Of a DNA stretch of 64,000 bases, positions 25,330-38,600 are shown piece by piece; position 1 is the first letter of the stretch; the number at the start of each line of letters is the position of its first letter. Source of the DNA: the human T2T-CHM13v2.0 reference genome, Homo sapiens; NCBI RefSeq assembly GCF_009914755.1, contig NC_060947.1. One strand, given 5' to 3'. The notes beneath the pieces are model-generated. The model was not told where the DNA came from. It saw nothing but the letters and a program-made list of their open reading frames with translations, and searched no databases. Position numbers and translations under genes: made by a program.

Positions 25330-25640
25330 GTACGTAAAATGATGCACAGACTGGGTACTTATACATAGTGTGTCTGTGTATGAGGTTGGGTGAAGTACCT
25401 TTAGGGTATGGGACTTATGTGACTGAGAGTTAGAATACATCAGCAGAAAGTATCCTGAGACTTCTGCAAGACTTCAGAAGCCAAAGAACCAAGGTTTAGC
25501 TTCCCTCAGCAGGTTTATTCTCTCTGGCTTCCACCTCAAACCTCCTGAGTTGGGGAAAACAGCCTCCTCCCCATTTAAAGGCTGCTGTCTTAGCCTCTCA
25601 TCTAATGTGTGAGGGGGGAAGTAAATTCTAGATACTAGTC

Positions 25641-25940
25641 GAAAACCAAATACTGCATGTTCTCACTTATAAGTGGGAGTTAAGCTATGAATATGCAAAG
25701 GTATACAGAATGGCATAATGGACATTGGAGACTCAGAAGCAAGGAGAGTAGAAGGGCAGTGAGGAATAAAAAACTACCTATTAAGTACAACGTACACTAC
25801 TTGGGTGATGGGTGCCCTAAAATCCCAGACTTTACCTCTACACAATTCATCCATGTAACCAAAAACCACTTGTACTCCTGAAGCTGTTGAAATATATATA
25901 TATATATGTAAAATATATATATTAAATATATATATATATT
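25641..25940 (+). mobile_element. short L1 3' UTR fragment with (TA)n-derived tail
   Basis: 'gaaaaccaaatactgcatgttctcacttataagtgggag...catgtaaccaaaaaccacttgtac'. Confidence 0.85.
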
Positions 25941-26429
25941 AAATCTAGGTCCTGCTGGGTTGGACATGGAAAAGTTATAGCACAAATATGAATCCCCCCT
26001 AGGGACAGTATGAGACTAGTTCCAACACCATATGTTCTTCAACAGCTATTTTTATTCTTGCCTCTTTCCCTTTCATCTATGGAATACCAAGGAGTTAAAC
26101 CTTTGGAACCAGCCATTTCTGACCTTGAATACTGTAGAGATTATTTTTCTGTGCAGCCCAGGTCCAAATAGTGTTGTTATTCTCCACCTCATTTGTCTCT
26201 GGACTAGGAAAGATCCAGAAAGGTATGAGAGCTAAAAGGAACATTAGAGATAATTAGTAGTTTAGTCTGAGGTTTTACAGCTGTTTGGAGAAGTCTTAAT
26301 GATCTGCCTAAGTATCTCATGAACTGTTAACCAGGGGACCAGGATATGTCCTGGACGGGATGGGGAAAGGTAAGGTGTGATTGTGTGGGTGGGCTTTCAG
26401 GCCATGTCTCTTTCAACCTGAGCAACTAA

Positions 26430-26585
26430 ATTATTTTATATATATATTATATATATATATTTTTATATATATTTTAAATATTTAAATATTTTATATATTT
26501 TAAATATTATATATATATTTGTGTTCACACATACTTTGTGTGTATATTTGTATACATACATACATATTTTGTGTACATATATACA
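26430..26585. repeat. AT-rich low-complexity / (TA)n tract
   Basis: Visible directly in the sequence. Confidence 0.8.
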
Positions 26586-26994
26586 TTCCTCATAAGCTCT
26601 CATTTGTTAAAAAGTTTCCACAATGGGGAAAAAAGCCTTTGAAACTGTTGTTCTAATAAAACTCAATAATTTTCTACATGAGAAGCTGAGAAATTGAAAA
26701 TGATTTGTTCAATGTCACAAAAGGAGTATGTGGTAGAATGTAAACTCAGAACCAGAAAGTTTTGAGCTTCTATTTGAACTCATTATATTCTGTCTTCTCT
26801 CAGTTGTGTTAGAACATTAATTCAACCAGTTATGTTGAATTACATTGATTGATGTTGATGAACAATCATCAAACAAGTGTCAGGTACCAGGGATATCAAA
26901 ATAAGTAAGACATAGCCGCTATTTTTCAGCGTCTATAAATGGAATGAGGCACAGAAATAATAATGCTGGATGCTGTGTGCTGTACAAAAAGGGC

Positions 26995-27200
26995 AAGCAA
27001 TAATAACAGTTAACATGTATTGGGTACTTCCTGTCTGCTAGGTGCTATACTAGATATTTTATAAGTATTAATTCACTTAAATTTTACAATATGCCTCTGT
27101 GTTAGGTATGGTTGTTATTCTGATTTTATAAAAGAAGAAACTGAGGTTTAGATGGGAAGTGAGGGATTAGGTCTCTTGGCCCAAGGTCACACAATAAGTT
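26995..27200 (-). mobile_element. MIR
   Basis: 'taacatgtattgggtacttcc...attttataaaagaagaaactgaggtttaga...cccaaggtcacaca'. Confidence 0.75.
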
Positions 27201-27689
27201 AATTATGGGGGTACAAGGTACAGGCGCTTCGAAAACATAGAGGAAAGAACAATTGTCTAATGAAATCAAAGAAAACTTTGCAGAGACATGTAAAATTTAA
27301 GGTAGGGCTAGAAAGATAAGGAGTAAAGTGTGTTCAGACAAAGGGATTAGCATGAGCAAAGTCTTAGAAGCCTGAAAGGGGATCACTTTTTATGAGGAGG
27401 AAAGAATGTGTTGCTATGGCTGAAAACTAGTAGATAGGACTAGAAGGATAGATTAGAGCCTGATACTGAGAGTTGGAATGTCTGGTTTAAAAGTCTGAGC
27501 TTTTCTCTGTAGGCTAATTGGGAATCATCAAAAGTGTGTATGCCAAGAACTAACAATCAGATATTTCTCTTGGAAAGGTCTATGTGACATCAGCGTTAAC
27601 ATGACCCAAAGAGGTAAGACTGGACAGCCTAGTAGCAGGTTCTTGTCATGGTTTAATTGTCAAAATTGCTATTGATAAGCTGGATGACT

Positions 27690-27870
27690 GAGTCAAATTT
27701 CTTTCTGAAGTTTCCCTTATTGCCTCCAATTCTACCCTCTGAAGCCATACAGAACAAGTCAAATTCATCTTTTTTTTTTATATCACAGTCCTTTAGATAT
27801 TTGAGAACATGTATCAAGGGCCTTCCCAATCTGAGTCTTAGCTCTTTCCATGAATGGACTGGGGCCTCAG
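27690..27870 (-). mobile_element. L3/CR1 LINE remnant
   Basis: ORF 27653-27880 (LRLGRPLIHVLKYLKDC...DLFCMASEGRIGGN) resembles the CR1 ORF2 C-terminal pattern RLRGDLI-VFKYLKGC...DLF--A-EGRT--N. Confidence 0.6.
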
Positions 27871-28080
27871 TGATTCTCAAGGACCCTTATAGCTGTTACA
27901 TCATGTTTTCTTGATTCTCTAACCTCTAAATCTGTCTTCATCAGCTAGTTTTGTGAAGGATAAGGACAGGTCTCCTGTCCTATTTGGATTGACTTGTTTT
28001 TTTCAGGTGATGACTATAGATAGTTACCTTTTAGAGTACTCCCCATCCCAGGATGCCCATTTTTTTTTTCTCCATTTCAG

Positions 28081-28313
28081 CAGTGCCCCCCAGAGACATT
28101 GAAGAAGGCAATGTGAAGATGCTGGGCATGCAGATCCCCATAAAGAATGTTGAGATGCTGGCCTCTGTTTTGGTTGCCATTAGTGTCACCCTTCTGCTCG
28201 TTGTTCTGGCTCTTGGTGGAGTGGTTTGGTACCAACATCGACAGAGAAAGCTACGACGCAATAGGAGGTCCATCCTGGATGACAGCTTCAAGCTTCTGTC
28301 TTTCAAACAGTAA
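28081..28313 (+). CDS. HEPH: hephaestin last coding exon: transmembrane helix and cytoplasmic tail
   Basis: tttcag|CAG tandem acceptor. Encodes (A)VPPRDIEEGNVKMLGMQIPIKNVEMLASVLVAISVTLLLVVLALGGVVWYQHRQRKLRRNRRSILDDSFKLLSFKQ*, with TAA at 28311-28313. A C-terminal TM segment distinguishes it from ceruloplasmin. Confidence 0.97.
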
Positions 28314-29030
28314 CATCTGGAGCCTGGAGATATCCTCAGGAAGCACATCTGTAGTGCACTCCCAGCAGGCCATGGACTAGTCACTAACCCCACACTCAAA
28401 GGGGCATGGGTGGTGGAGAAGCAGAAGGAGCAATCAAGCTTATCTGGATATTTCTTTCTTTATTTATTTTACATGGAAATAATATGATTTCACTTTTTCT
28501 TTAGTTTCTTTGCTCTACGTGGGCACCTGGCACTAAGGGAGTACCTTATTATCCTACATCGCAAATTTCAACAGCTACATTATATTTCCTTCTGACACTT
28601 GGAAGGTATTGAAATTTCTAGAAATGTATCCTTCTCACAAAGTAGAGACCAAGAGAAAAACTCATTGATTGGGTTTCTACTTCTTTCAAGGACTCAGGAA
28701 ATTTCACTTTGAACTGAGGCCAAGTGAGCTGTTAAGATAACCCACACTTAAACTAAAGGCTAAGAATATAGGCTTGATGGGAAATTGAAGGTAGGCTGAG
28801 TATTGGGAATCCAAATTGAATTTTGATTCTCCTTGGCAGTGAACTACTTTGAAGAAGTGGTCAATGGGTTGTTGCTGCCATGAGCATGTACAACCTCTGG
28901 AGCTAGAAGCTCCTCAGGAAAGCCAGTTCTCCAAGTTCTTAACCTGTGGCACTGAAAGGAATGTTGAGTTACCTCTTCATGTTTTAGACAGCAAACCCTA
29001 TCCATTAAAGTACTTGTTAGAACACTGAAA
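28314..29030 (+). other. HEPH: HEPH 3' UTR (to the predicted proximal cleavage site)
   Basis: Repeat-free sequence from the stop codon to the ATTAAA signal. Confidence 0.7.
29004..29009 (+). terminator. polyadenylation signal ATTAAA
   Basis: Followed about 15-20 nt later by CA/GAAA and then a GT/T-rich element 'tttggtgatttttg...tctgtggcttctgt'. Confidence 0.7.
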
Positions 29031-30621
29031 GACTGAATTTGGTGATTTTTGACAGTCTCTGTGGCTTCTGTCACTGTGATTGAAACAGAAAATACTTAGG
29101 GGGTGAGTGAGTATAGTATGTATTTGTCTAGCCTTTGTAGAACCTACAAGTTTTTGTTTTAGAGATGAGGAAGCTGTTCCAGAGGAAGCATCAAAGAGTG
29201 CTGGGTACCACCCTAGAAAAGGAGCTGTCGCATAAATGACAAAAATTTTCTGAGTGTCAAGAAAATTTGCCAGAGGGAAATAGAAGTCTGAGACGAGACT
29301 CAAACCTGTCCAGTGGGCCAGGGGAAGTAGGACCATATCTTATGGGGCCTTTTTGGCAGTGGTGGTGTGAAAGGTCTAGTTGCAACTTTGGGGGCTTCCT
29401 TATAGGATGGAGTCATTCTTTCTGGTATTTTACAGCAATATTCCTTTGTTACATGCAAATTTGAGCCAAATATTGGTTAGAGAGCACAGATAAGTGATAA
29501 ATTTTAGATTGGGTAAGATGGCCCACCCCACTGCAATATCCATAATATTGTACCACATGGCAAGTGGAGAACAGAAGAGGTATCAAGGAGAGAAAAGATG
29601 ATAACTATGTACTGTTTTACACTTTAAAAAGCATTTTAATTCTTGATTGCGTTTGGATTACCTCAGGGCAAGTCATTTTACATTTGAGTAATGTTATCCA
29701 TTTATACATTTGAGTGAACAAAAGCTTATGGACATTAAGTAACTTCATCCAAGATCCCTCAGGTAGAAGTTGAGCAGGGATTCATGTATTCATCTGTTTG
29801 ACTCCAAATACCTATTTCATCCTCATATATCATGGAAACATCCACTAATCTCCATCCACCTTACCCATATTGATTCCAACTTTTCTGTCTGTCCAGCAAT
29901 CTGTCTGTCTAGGTAGCAATCTCTTGAAGATAAAATGTAGAAACTCACAGAGCTGGTGTTCAGTTACGATATAAGTTTGGAGGAGAAAACACAATCCAGA
30001 AGCTATGATTCCTCTTGTTTTTCCATGGTCAATGGGTTTCTGGAGAGCTTTACTGAGAATCTCAGAAATAAAGTGTGGGTGGAAGGGGGATTTAGATGGC
30101 TAGTTATCCAAGAGTTAGTGTTTAGGCCATTGCAGAATCAATGATTTAACAGCAGCAGAACTGTTTTGGCCTGCAGTTAACATGAATGTTAATGAAGACC
30201 AAGTACATGCTAGGAATTCCAGTCAATTAATGGTTATAATTTACATGCAACTAGGAGGTTCTTAGCTTGGTCTCAGTTATAACTCTAAGAGACTAGGAGA
30301 GGTAGATGAGATGGAATGCATTTCTTCTTATTTTGTAATCCTGCTCCAGGTCAAGGAATAGAAACTCAGAGCCCATGTATTTAAGAAAGAAATGTATTTT
30401 TGTGGTAAGTTTGCTCCAAGTAGGGATACAAGTATCTATTTTTGACAATCAAGTGACATTGCCATCTATTCAGTTGCTCAAGCTGGAAATTATCAGTGTC
30501 AACACATCAGTGAGTCTCGGTTTTATCTCCAAAATGTATTTATCCTATTCATTTGTTTCTATCTCCATTGCTATTCGTTTCCATCTCCATTGCTACCACC
30601 TAAGTTTAAAACACAACCATC

Positions 30622-33600
30622 TGACCCAAAGCAATCTATAGATTGAGTACAATCCCTATCAAAATACTAATGACATTCCTCACAGAAATTAAAAAAAAAA
30701 TCCTAAAATTCATACAGAACCACAAAAGACACAGAATACCCACAGCTATCCTGAGGAAAAAGAAAACTGGGGGAATTACATTACCTGATTTCAAATTATA
30801 CTGCAGAGTTATAGTAACAAAAACAGCACAGTACTGGAATAAAAGTAGTCACATAGACCATTGGAAAAGAATAGAGAACTCAGAAATAAATCCACACACC
30901 TACGGTGAACTCACTTTCATAAAGGTGCCAATAACACACACTGGGAAAAAGAAAGTCTCTTCAATAAATGGTGCTGGGGAAACTGGATATCCCTATGTGG
31001 AAGAATGAAACTAGTTCCACTGTCACTGGCCATATACAAAAATCAAATGAAAATGGATTAAATACTTAAATTTAAGACAAGAAAAAATTAGGGAACACCT
31101 CCAGGACATTGGTCTGGGCAGAAATACCTCAAGGAATACCCCACAAGCGCAGGCAACCAAAGCCAAAATGGACAAATGAGATCACATCAAGTTAAAAAGC
31201 CACTGCAAAGCAAAGGAAATAATCAACAAAGTGAAGAGACACCAAACAGAACGGGAGAAAATATTTGCAAACTACCCATCTGACAAGGGATTAATAACTA
31301 GAATATATAAGGAGCTCAAACAAATCTACAGGAAAAAATCTAGTAATCTAATCAAAAATTGGCAAAATATTTGAATAGACATGCCTCAAAAGAAGACATA
31401 CAAATGGCAAACAGTCATATGAAAAGGTGCTCAACATCATCAATCATCAGAGAAATGCAAATCAAAACTACAATGAGATATCATCTCACCCCAGTTAAAA
31501 TGTCTTATATCCAAAGATAAGCAATAACATGCTGGCAAGGATGTGGAGAAAAGGGAACCCTCACAAACTGTTGGTAGGAATGTAAATTAGTACAACCATT
31601 ATAGAGAACAGTTTGGAAGTTACAAAAATAAAAATCAGGGAGTGGCCAAGATGGCTGACTAGAAGCAGCTAGTGTGTATGGCTCTATCTCTCATGGAGAG
31701 GAAGGGAAGGGGTGAGTACATATGGTACTTTAAACTGAAATATCCAGGTACTCACATTGGGACTAATCAAGTAAACCACTTGACCCATGGAGAATGAAGA
31801 AAAGCAAGACAGAACAGTGGCTCACCTGCGGGCAACACAGAGCCAGGCGAACCACGGTACCATGGTTCTCCCAAGTATCTTTACAGCCCTTAGGTCAGGA
31901 GATCACCTGGTGAAGCCACTCCACTGTGGCCTTCAGTCTGAACATGCAGGGCTACGTGGAGTCTTGGCAGGGCATCTGCTCAGGTATGATTGGAGACCCT
32001 GGAGCCTTAGCTATTTGGGTTTTTTGGCAAAAATAGCTGTAACTTGGGCAAAGTGGGAGGTTAGACCCCCATACATACCCATAGGAAAGAGGCTAAATTT
32101 ACAGGGCTGAGCAGCAACAGCCTGCAGTCCCAACTTCCATGGCACATGGCACGTCACAAGATAAGATCCACTGGCTTGGAATTTCAACCAGCCTCCAGTA
32201 ACTGCATTTCACACCCTAAGAAGGAGGTCCTGGGAGGAGGGGTGGACTGCCATCTTTGCTGTTTGGGTGCCTTAGTCATTCCAGCCTTCAGGCTTTGTAA
32301 AGTCCAAGCTGATGGGTGGCAGAAGGGATCCCTCAACACAGCCCAGCTGCTCTACCAAAACGTGGCCAGACTGCTACTTTAATCAGGTGCCTGATCTCAT
32401 TTCTCCTCACTGGGTGGGAACTTCCAACTGGGGCCTCCAACCATTGCTGTTGGCATTCTACAGCAAACAGAGATTTGTAATCTCCCTGGGATGGAGCTCT
32501 GAGAGGGAGGGGTGGACCACTATCCTTTCTGTCTGGGCGACATATCCTTTCCAGCCTTCAGGCTTCATAGTGTCTGAGGCAACTGGTGCGCTGAAGCAGA
32601 TTCCCAGCACAGCACAGCTGCTCTACCAATATGTGGCCAGACTGCTTTTTAAAGTGGATCACGGATCCTGTTCCAACTCACTGGGTGGGAACCCCCAACT
32701 GGGATCTTCAGCCACCTCCTACAGGTGTGTTTGGACCAGCAACTGGCCCATATCTCCCTGACGCAGAGCTCCCAGAGGGAGGAACAGACTGCCATCTTTG
32801 CTGTTTTACAGCCTTCACTGGTGATACCAGGTACTGGAAAATCTGAGGTAACTCAGGGCTGGAGCAGTTTCCAAGCATACTGCAGCAGCCCTGTGGAAAA
32901 GTGGCCAGAGTGTTACATAACTGCCTGTTCCCATTTCTCCTCACCAGATAGGTCCTCCAGACCTGGGATTCCAGCCACTTCCTGACAGAGCTATTGAGCC
33001 AGTAACAACTCAGCAACTCTCTGGATAGAGCCTCCAGGAGCAACTGAAAGCCTTTCTGCCACTGCCTCTGCAGTGGAATTGCTTTTGTCACTTACAGACT
33101 AATGAAGGAACAAAGACTCTAAGTGCCCTATCCACACCTCCAACAAGCTGCAGTAGACCCAAGGAGAGGAGGCAAGTCTGTCCCCCATGAGTTCCCCACA
33201 CACAGCTACTGCTCATGACCAGAGAACCCCTAGCTTGGGCCCACAGCACAGGAGTCCCATACTGGGCTGATTGCACTGAGCTATTGCTGACCTGCATCTT
33301 TCTGAGAAGTATGGGATTATGTAAAAAAGCCAAATCTACAAATTATTGGCATCCTTAAAAGGGAAGGGGAGATAGCAAACAACTTGGAAAACATATTTCA
33401 GAATACCATCCATGAAAACTTTACCAACCTTGCTAGAGATGCCAACAGTCAAATTCTGAAAATACGGAGAACTGCAAGATTCTACACAAGATTATTTCCA
33501 GGACACTTAATTGTCAGAAATTCTAAGGTTGAAATGAAAGAAAGAATGTTAAAGTCAGGAGAAATGGGCAGGTCACCTACAAAGGGAACCCTATCAGGCT

Positions 33601-36600
33601 AACAGAGGACCTGCTAGCTGAAACCCTACAAGCCGGAAGTCATTTGGGGCCTACATTCAACATTCTTAAAGAAAAAATATCTTCAGCCAAGAATTTCACA
33701 TCCAGCCAAACTAAGCTTCCTAAGTGAAGGAGAAACAATGTCCTTTTCAGACAAGCAAATCTTGAGGGAATTTATTACCTCTAGACCTGTCTTACAAGAG
33801 ATCTTGAAAGGAGCACTAAATATAGAAAGGAAAGACTGATACAAGCTAATACAAAAACACACTCAAACACACAGAGCAGTGTTAATGTATAGCAACTGCA
33901 CAAACAAGGCAACATAATAACCAGCTAACAACACAATGGCGGGATCAAATCCACACATATCAATGCTAATCTTTCATGTAAATGGTCAAAATGCCTCACT
34001 TAAAAGGCACAGAGTGGCAAGCTGGATAAAGAAGCAAGACTCAATGGTATGCTGTCTTCAAGAGATCCATCTAACACGTGAGGACACTCATAGGTTCAAA
34101 ATAAAGGGATGGAGGAAAATATACCAAGCAAGTGGAAAAAAAAAAAAAAAGAGCATGTGTTGCAATCCTTAATTCAGACAAAGGAGATTTCAAACCAACA
34201 AGAATAAAAAAAAAGGCAAAGAAGGGCATTACATAATGGTAAAGGGTCCAATTCAATAACAAGAAGTAACTATCCTAAATATATACGCACTCAACACATA
34301 AGCATCCAGATTCATAAAGAAAGTTCTTAGAGACCTTCAAAGAGACATAGATCCCCACACAATAATACTGGGAGGTTTCAACACTCCACTGACAGTGTTA
34401 GATCATGAGGCAAAAAATAAAGATATTCAGGATCTAAAGTCAACATTGGACCAAATGGATCTGATAGACCTTTACAGAACCCTCCATCCCAAGCAACAGA
34501 ATATACATTCTTCTCATCACCACATGGCACATACTCTAAAATCAACCACAAAATTAGACATAAAGCAATTATCAGCAAATATAAAAAAAATCAAATTCAT
34601 ACCAAACACAGTCTCAAACCACAACACAATAACAATAGAAGTCAACACTATGAAAGTTTCTCAAAACCATGAAATTAAATGGAAATTAAACAACAGGCTC
34701 CTGAATGATTTTGGGGTACATAATGAAATAAAGGCAGAAATCAAGAAGATCTTTTAAAATAATGAGATAAAACATACCACAATCACTGAGACACAGCTAA
34801 GGCAGTGTTAAGAGGGAAATTCAGAGCATTAAATATCCACACCAAAAGTTAGATCTCAAGAATGTAACTTCAAAACTGCACAAGCAAGAACAAATCAACC
34901 CCAAAGCTAGCAGAAGATGAGAAACAATAACAAAAAATTAGAGCTGAACTGAACAAAATCAAGACACGAAAAGCCATCCAAAAGATCAATGAATCCAGGA
35001 GTTGTTTTTTGAAAAAATTAATAAAATAGGACACTAGCTAGAATAATAATAAAACAGAGAAGATCCAAATAAACACAGAAATGATAAAGGGAATGTTACT
35101 ATTGATTGCACTGAAATAAAAGCAACACTCAAAAACTACTACAAAAACATCTACGCACACAAACTAGAAAACCTAGAAGAGATGGATAAATTCCTGGATA
35201 CTTACATCCTCTCAAGACTGAGCCAGGAAAAAACTGATTCCCTGAACAGATTAATCTTGAGCTCCAAAATTGAATCAGTAATGAATAGTCTACCCACCAA
35301 AAAAAAAAAAAAAAAAAAAAAAAAAAAGCCTGAAACCTGACAGATTCACAGCCAAATTCTACAAAAACAATGGTATCATTTCTACAAAAACTATTTCTAA
35401 AAATTGAGAAGGAGGGACACTTCCCAAACTCATTTTATGAGAGCAGTATCATTTTGATAACAAAACCTGACTGAGACAAAAAAAAAAAATTTCAGGCCAA
35501 TATTCTTGATGATCATCAATGCAAATATTGTCAACAAAATACTTGCAAATCAAATTCAGCATCACATCACAAAGCCAATCCACATGATCAAGTAGGTTTC
35601 ATCCCAGGATGTAAGATTGGTTCAACATAAGCAAATCAATAAATGTGATTCATCACATAAACAGAACTGAAGACAAAAACCACATGATTATGTCAATAGA
35701 TGCTGAAAAGGCTTTTGATAAATCTCAATACCCTTTCATGTTAAAAGCTCTCAATAAATTAGGTATTGAAGGAACATATCTCAAAGTAATAAAAGCCATC
35801 TTTGACAAATGCGCTGCCAGTATTACAGCAAATAGGCAAAAGCTGGAAATATTTTCCCTTAAAACCAGCATAAGATACGGATGACCTCTCTCACCACTTC
35901 TATTCAACATAGTGGAAGCCGAAGCCAGAGCAGTCGGGCAAGGGAATAAAATAAAGGGCATCCATATTGGAAGAGAGAAAGTCAAAGTGTATCTATTTGC
36001 AGATGACATGATTCTGTATCTAGAAAATCTCATAGTCTCTGCCCAAAAGCTCCTCCAGCTGATTAACAACTTTAGCAAAGTTGCAGGATACAAAATTAAT
36101 GTACAAAAATTACTAGCATTCCTATACACCAGCAACAGCCAAACCAAGAGCCAAATCGGAAAAACAATCCTATTCACAATTGCCACAAAAAGAATGAAAT
36201 ACCTAGGAATACAGCTAACCAGGGAGGTGAAAGTCCTCTACAATGAGAATTACAAAACACTGATCAATGAAATCAGAGAAGACACAAACAAATGAAAAAA
36301 AAAATCCCATGCTCATGAATAGGAAGAGTAAATAAATAAATATTATTAAAATGGTCATAGTTCCCAAAGCAATTTACAGATTTAATGCTGTTTCTATGAA
36401 ACTACCATAGACATTATTTACATAACTAGAAAAAAAACTGTTTTGAAATTCATATGAAACCAAAAAAGAGCCTAAATAGCCAAGGCAGTTCTAAGCAAAA
36501 AGAACAAAGCTGGAGGCCTCATGTTACACTACTTCAAACTATACTACAAGGCTACAGTAACCAAAACAGCATGGTACTGGTATAAAAACAGGAACAGAGA

Positions 36601-38600
36601 TCAATATAACGGAATAGTGAGCCCAGAAATAAGGTCACACATCTATGACCATCTAATCTTCAACAAAGCTTACAAAAACAAGCAATGGGGAAACGACTCC
36701 CTATTCAATAAATGGTGCTGTGATAGCTGGCTAGCCATATGCAGAAGACTGAAGCTGACCCCTTCCCTATAAAAACCTTGGATGACAACCTCAGCAATAT
36801 TATTCTGGACATAAGAATGGGCAAAGATTTCATGACAAAGAAACCAAAACCTGTCACAACAAAAGCAAAAATTGGCAAGTGAGATATAATTAAACTAAAG
36901 AGCACAGCAAAAGAAACTATCAACAGAGTAAACAGACAGCCTACAGAAATTATTTGCAAATTCTGCACCTGACAAAGGTCTAACATCCAGCATCTATATG
37001 AACTTAACTTTACAAGAGAAAACACCATTAAAAAGAAGGTAAAAGACTTGTACTGGCACTTTTCCAAAGAGGACATACATGTGGCCAGCAAGCATATAAA
37101 AAATTTTAGTATCACTGGTCATTAGAGGTACTTAAATCAAACCACAATGAGATGCCATCTCACATCAGTCAGATGGCTACTATTAAAAAGTCAAAAAACA
37201 ACAGATGGTGGTGAGGTGGTGGAGAAATGGGAACACTTATACACTGTGGGAGTGTAAATTAGTTCAACCATAGTAGAAAACAGTATGTTTACACTCCCAC
37301 CAACAGTGTATAGTGAATCACCTGATGGTGATTCTTCAAAAAGCTTAAAGCAGAACTACCATAAAACCCAGAAATTCCATTACTGGCTATATACCCAGAG
37401 GAATACCAATCATTCTACCATAAAGACACATGCATGTGAAGGTTTACTGCAGCACTATTTATAATAGCAACGACCTGCAATGAACATAAATGCCCATCAA
37501 TGACAGATTGGATAAAGAAAATGTGGTACACATACACCATGGAATACTATTCAGCCATAAATAAGAACAAGATCATGTCTTCTGGGGAACATGGATGGAG
37601 CTAGAGGCTACCATTTTTAGCAAACTAAGGCAGGAACAGAAAACCAAATACCATGTGTTCTCACTTATAAGTGGGAGCTAAATGATAAGAACTTATGAAC
37701 ACAAGGAAACGACAGACACTGGGGTCTATTTGATGAGGGAGGGTGGGAGAAGGAAAAGCAGAAAAGGTAACTATTGGGTACTGGGCTTAATACTTGGGTG
37801 ATAAAATAATATGTATGAAAAATTCTGGTGACACGTGTTTGCATATGTAACAAACCTTCACAAGTACCCCCCCAAGCCTAAAATAAAAAGAAAAAAAAAA
37901 CTAAAAATTTAGGTACAATAGCATCCAGCAATCTCACTTCTGGGTGTATACCCAAAAGAATATAAATTAGTATATTGAAGAGCTACCTGCACTTCCATGT
38001 TTGTTGCAGCACTGTTAACAATAGCCAAGATTTGAAAGCACTCTAAATGTCCATCAGCAGATGAATGAAAAAGAAAATGTGGTAAGTATACGCAATAGAG
38101 TACTATTCAGCCATAAAAGAATGAGACCCTGTCATTTGCAACAATGTGGATGGAACTGGAGGTCATTATGTTAAGCAAAATAAGCCAGACACATAAAGAC
38201 AAACTTCACATGTTCTCATTATTTTTAGGATCTACAAAGCAAAACAATTGAACTCTTGGACATAGAGAGTAGGATGATTACCAGAGGCCAAGAAGGGTAG
38301 GGAGCAGGGAGATAGATACAGTTAACGGGTAAAAAAAAAAAATAGTTTAAAATGCATAAACCTATTTAATAGCCAAACAAGGTGACTATAGTCAATAATA
38401 ATATAACTGTACATTTAAAAATAACTGAAAGAGCATAAATATATTGTTTGTAATACAAAACATACATTCTTGAGGAGATGGATACCCCATCCTCTACGAT
38501 GTGATTATTACACATTAAATGCATGCATCAAAACCACTCATGTACTCCATAAATATACACACTTACTATGTACCCATGAAAGCTAAAAATTAAAAATTCC
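30622..38600 (+). mobile_element. L1MA-type 3' portion (30622-31636 and 37901-38600), split by a younger L1 and itself within an L2 remnant
   Basis: ORF 30643-31008 is ORF2-like ([11 protein letters not shown]). The sequence resumes in register after the inner L1. L2-like sequence flanks both sides (30430-30620 and 38600-38700). Confidence 0.85.
31638..37900 (+). mobile_element. near full-length L1PA (about L1PA11-13), defective
   Basis: 5' end 'gggagtggccaagatggctgactagaagcagc', ORF1 with its N-terminal half deleted (about 33300), ORF2 start at 33936 (MAGSNPHIS), RT motif [10 protein letters not shown], poly(A) to 37900 and degenerate TSD aaaa(c)taaaaat. Many stops and frameshifts. Confidence 0.92.

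Noticed and set aside
28031-28399. 122-aa antisense ORF over the last HEPH exon (similar ones at 17611-17960 and 21706-22105)
   Set aside because: Shadow frames of coding exons, with no recognisable protein features.
28825-28855. CAGTGA in the HEPH 3' UTR as an iron-responsive element
   Set aside because: The loop hexamer fits, but the flanking pentamers CTTGG and ACTAC do not pair, so the IRE upper stem cannot form.
31638-37900. Retrotransposition-competent L1
   Set aside because: ORF1 is partly deleted and ORF2 is broken by many stops, frameshifts and A-tract expansions.
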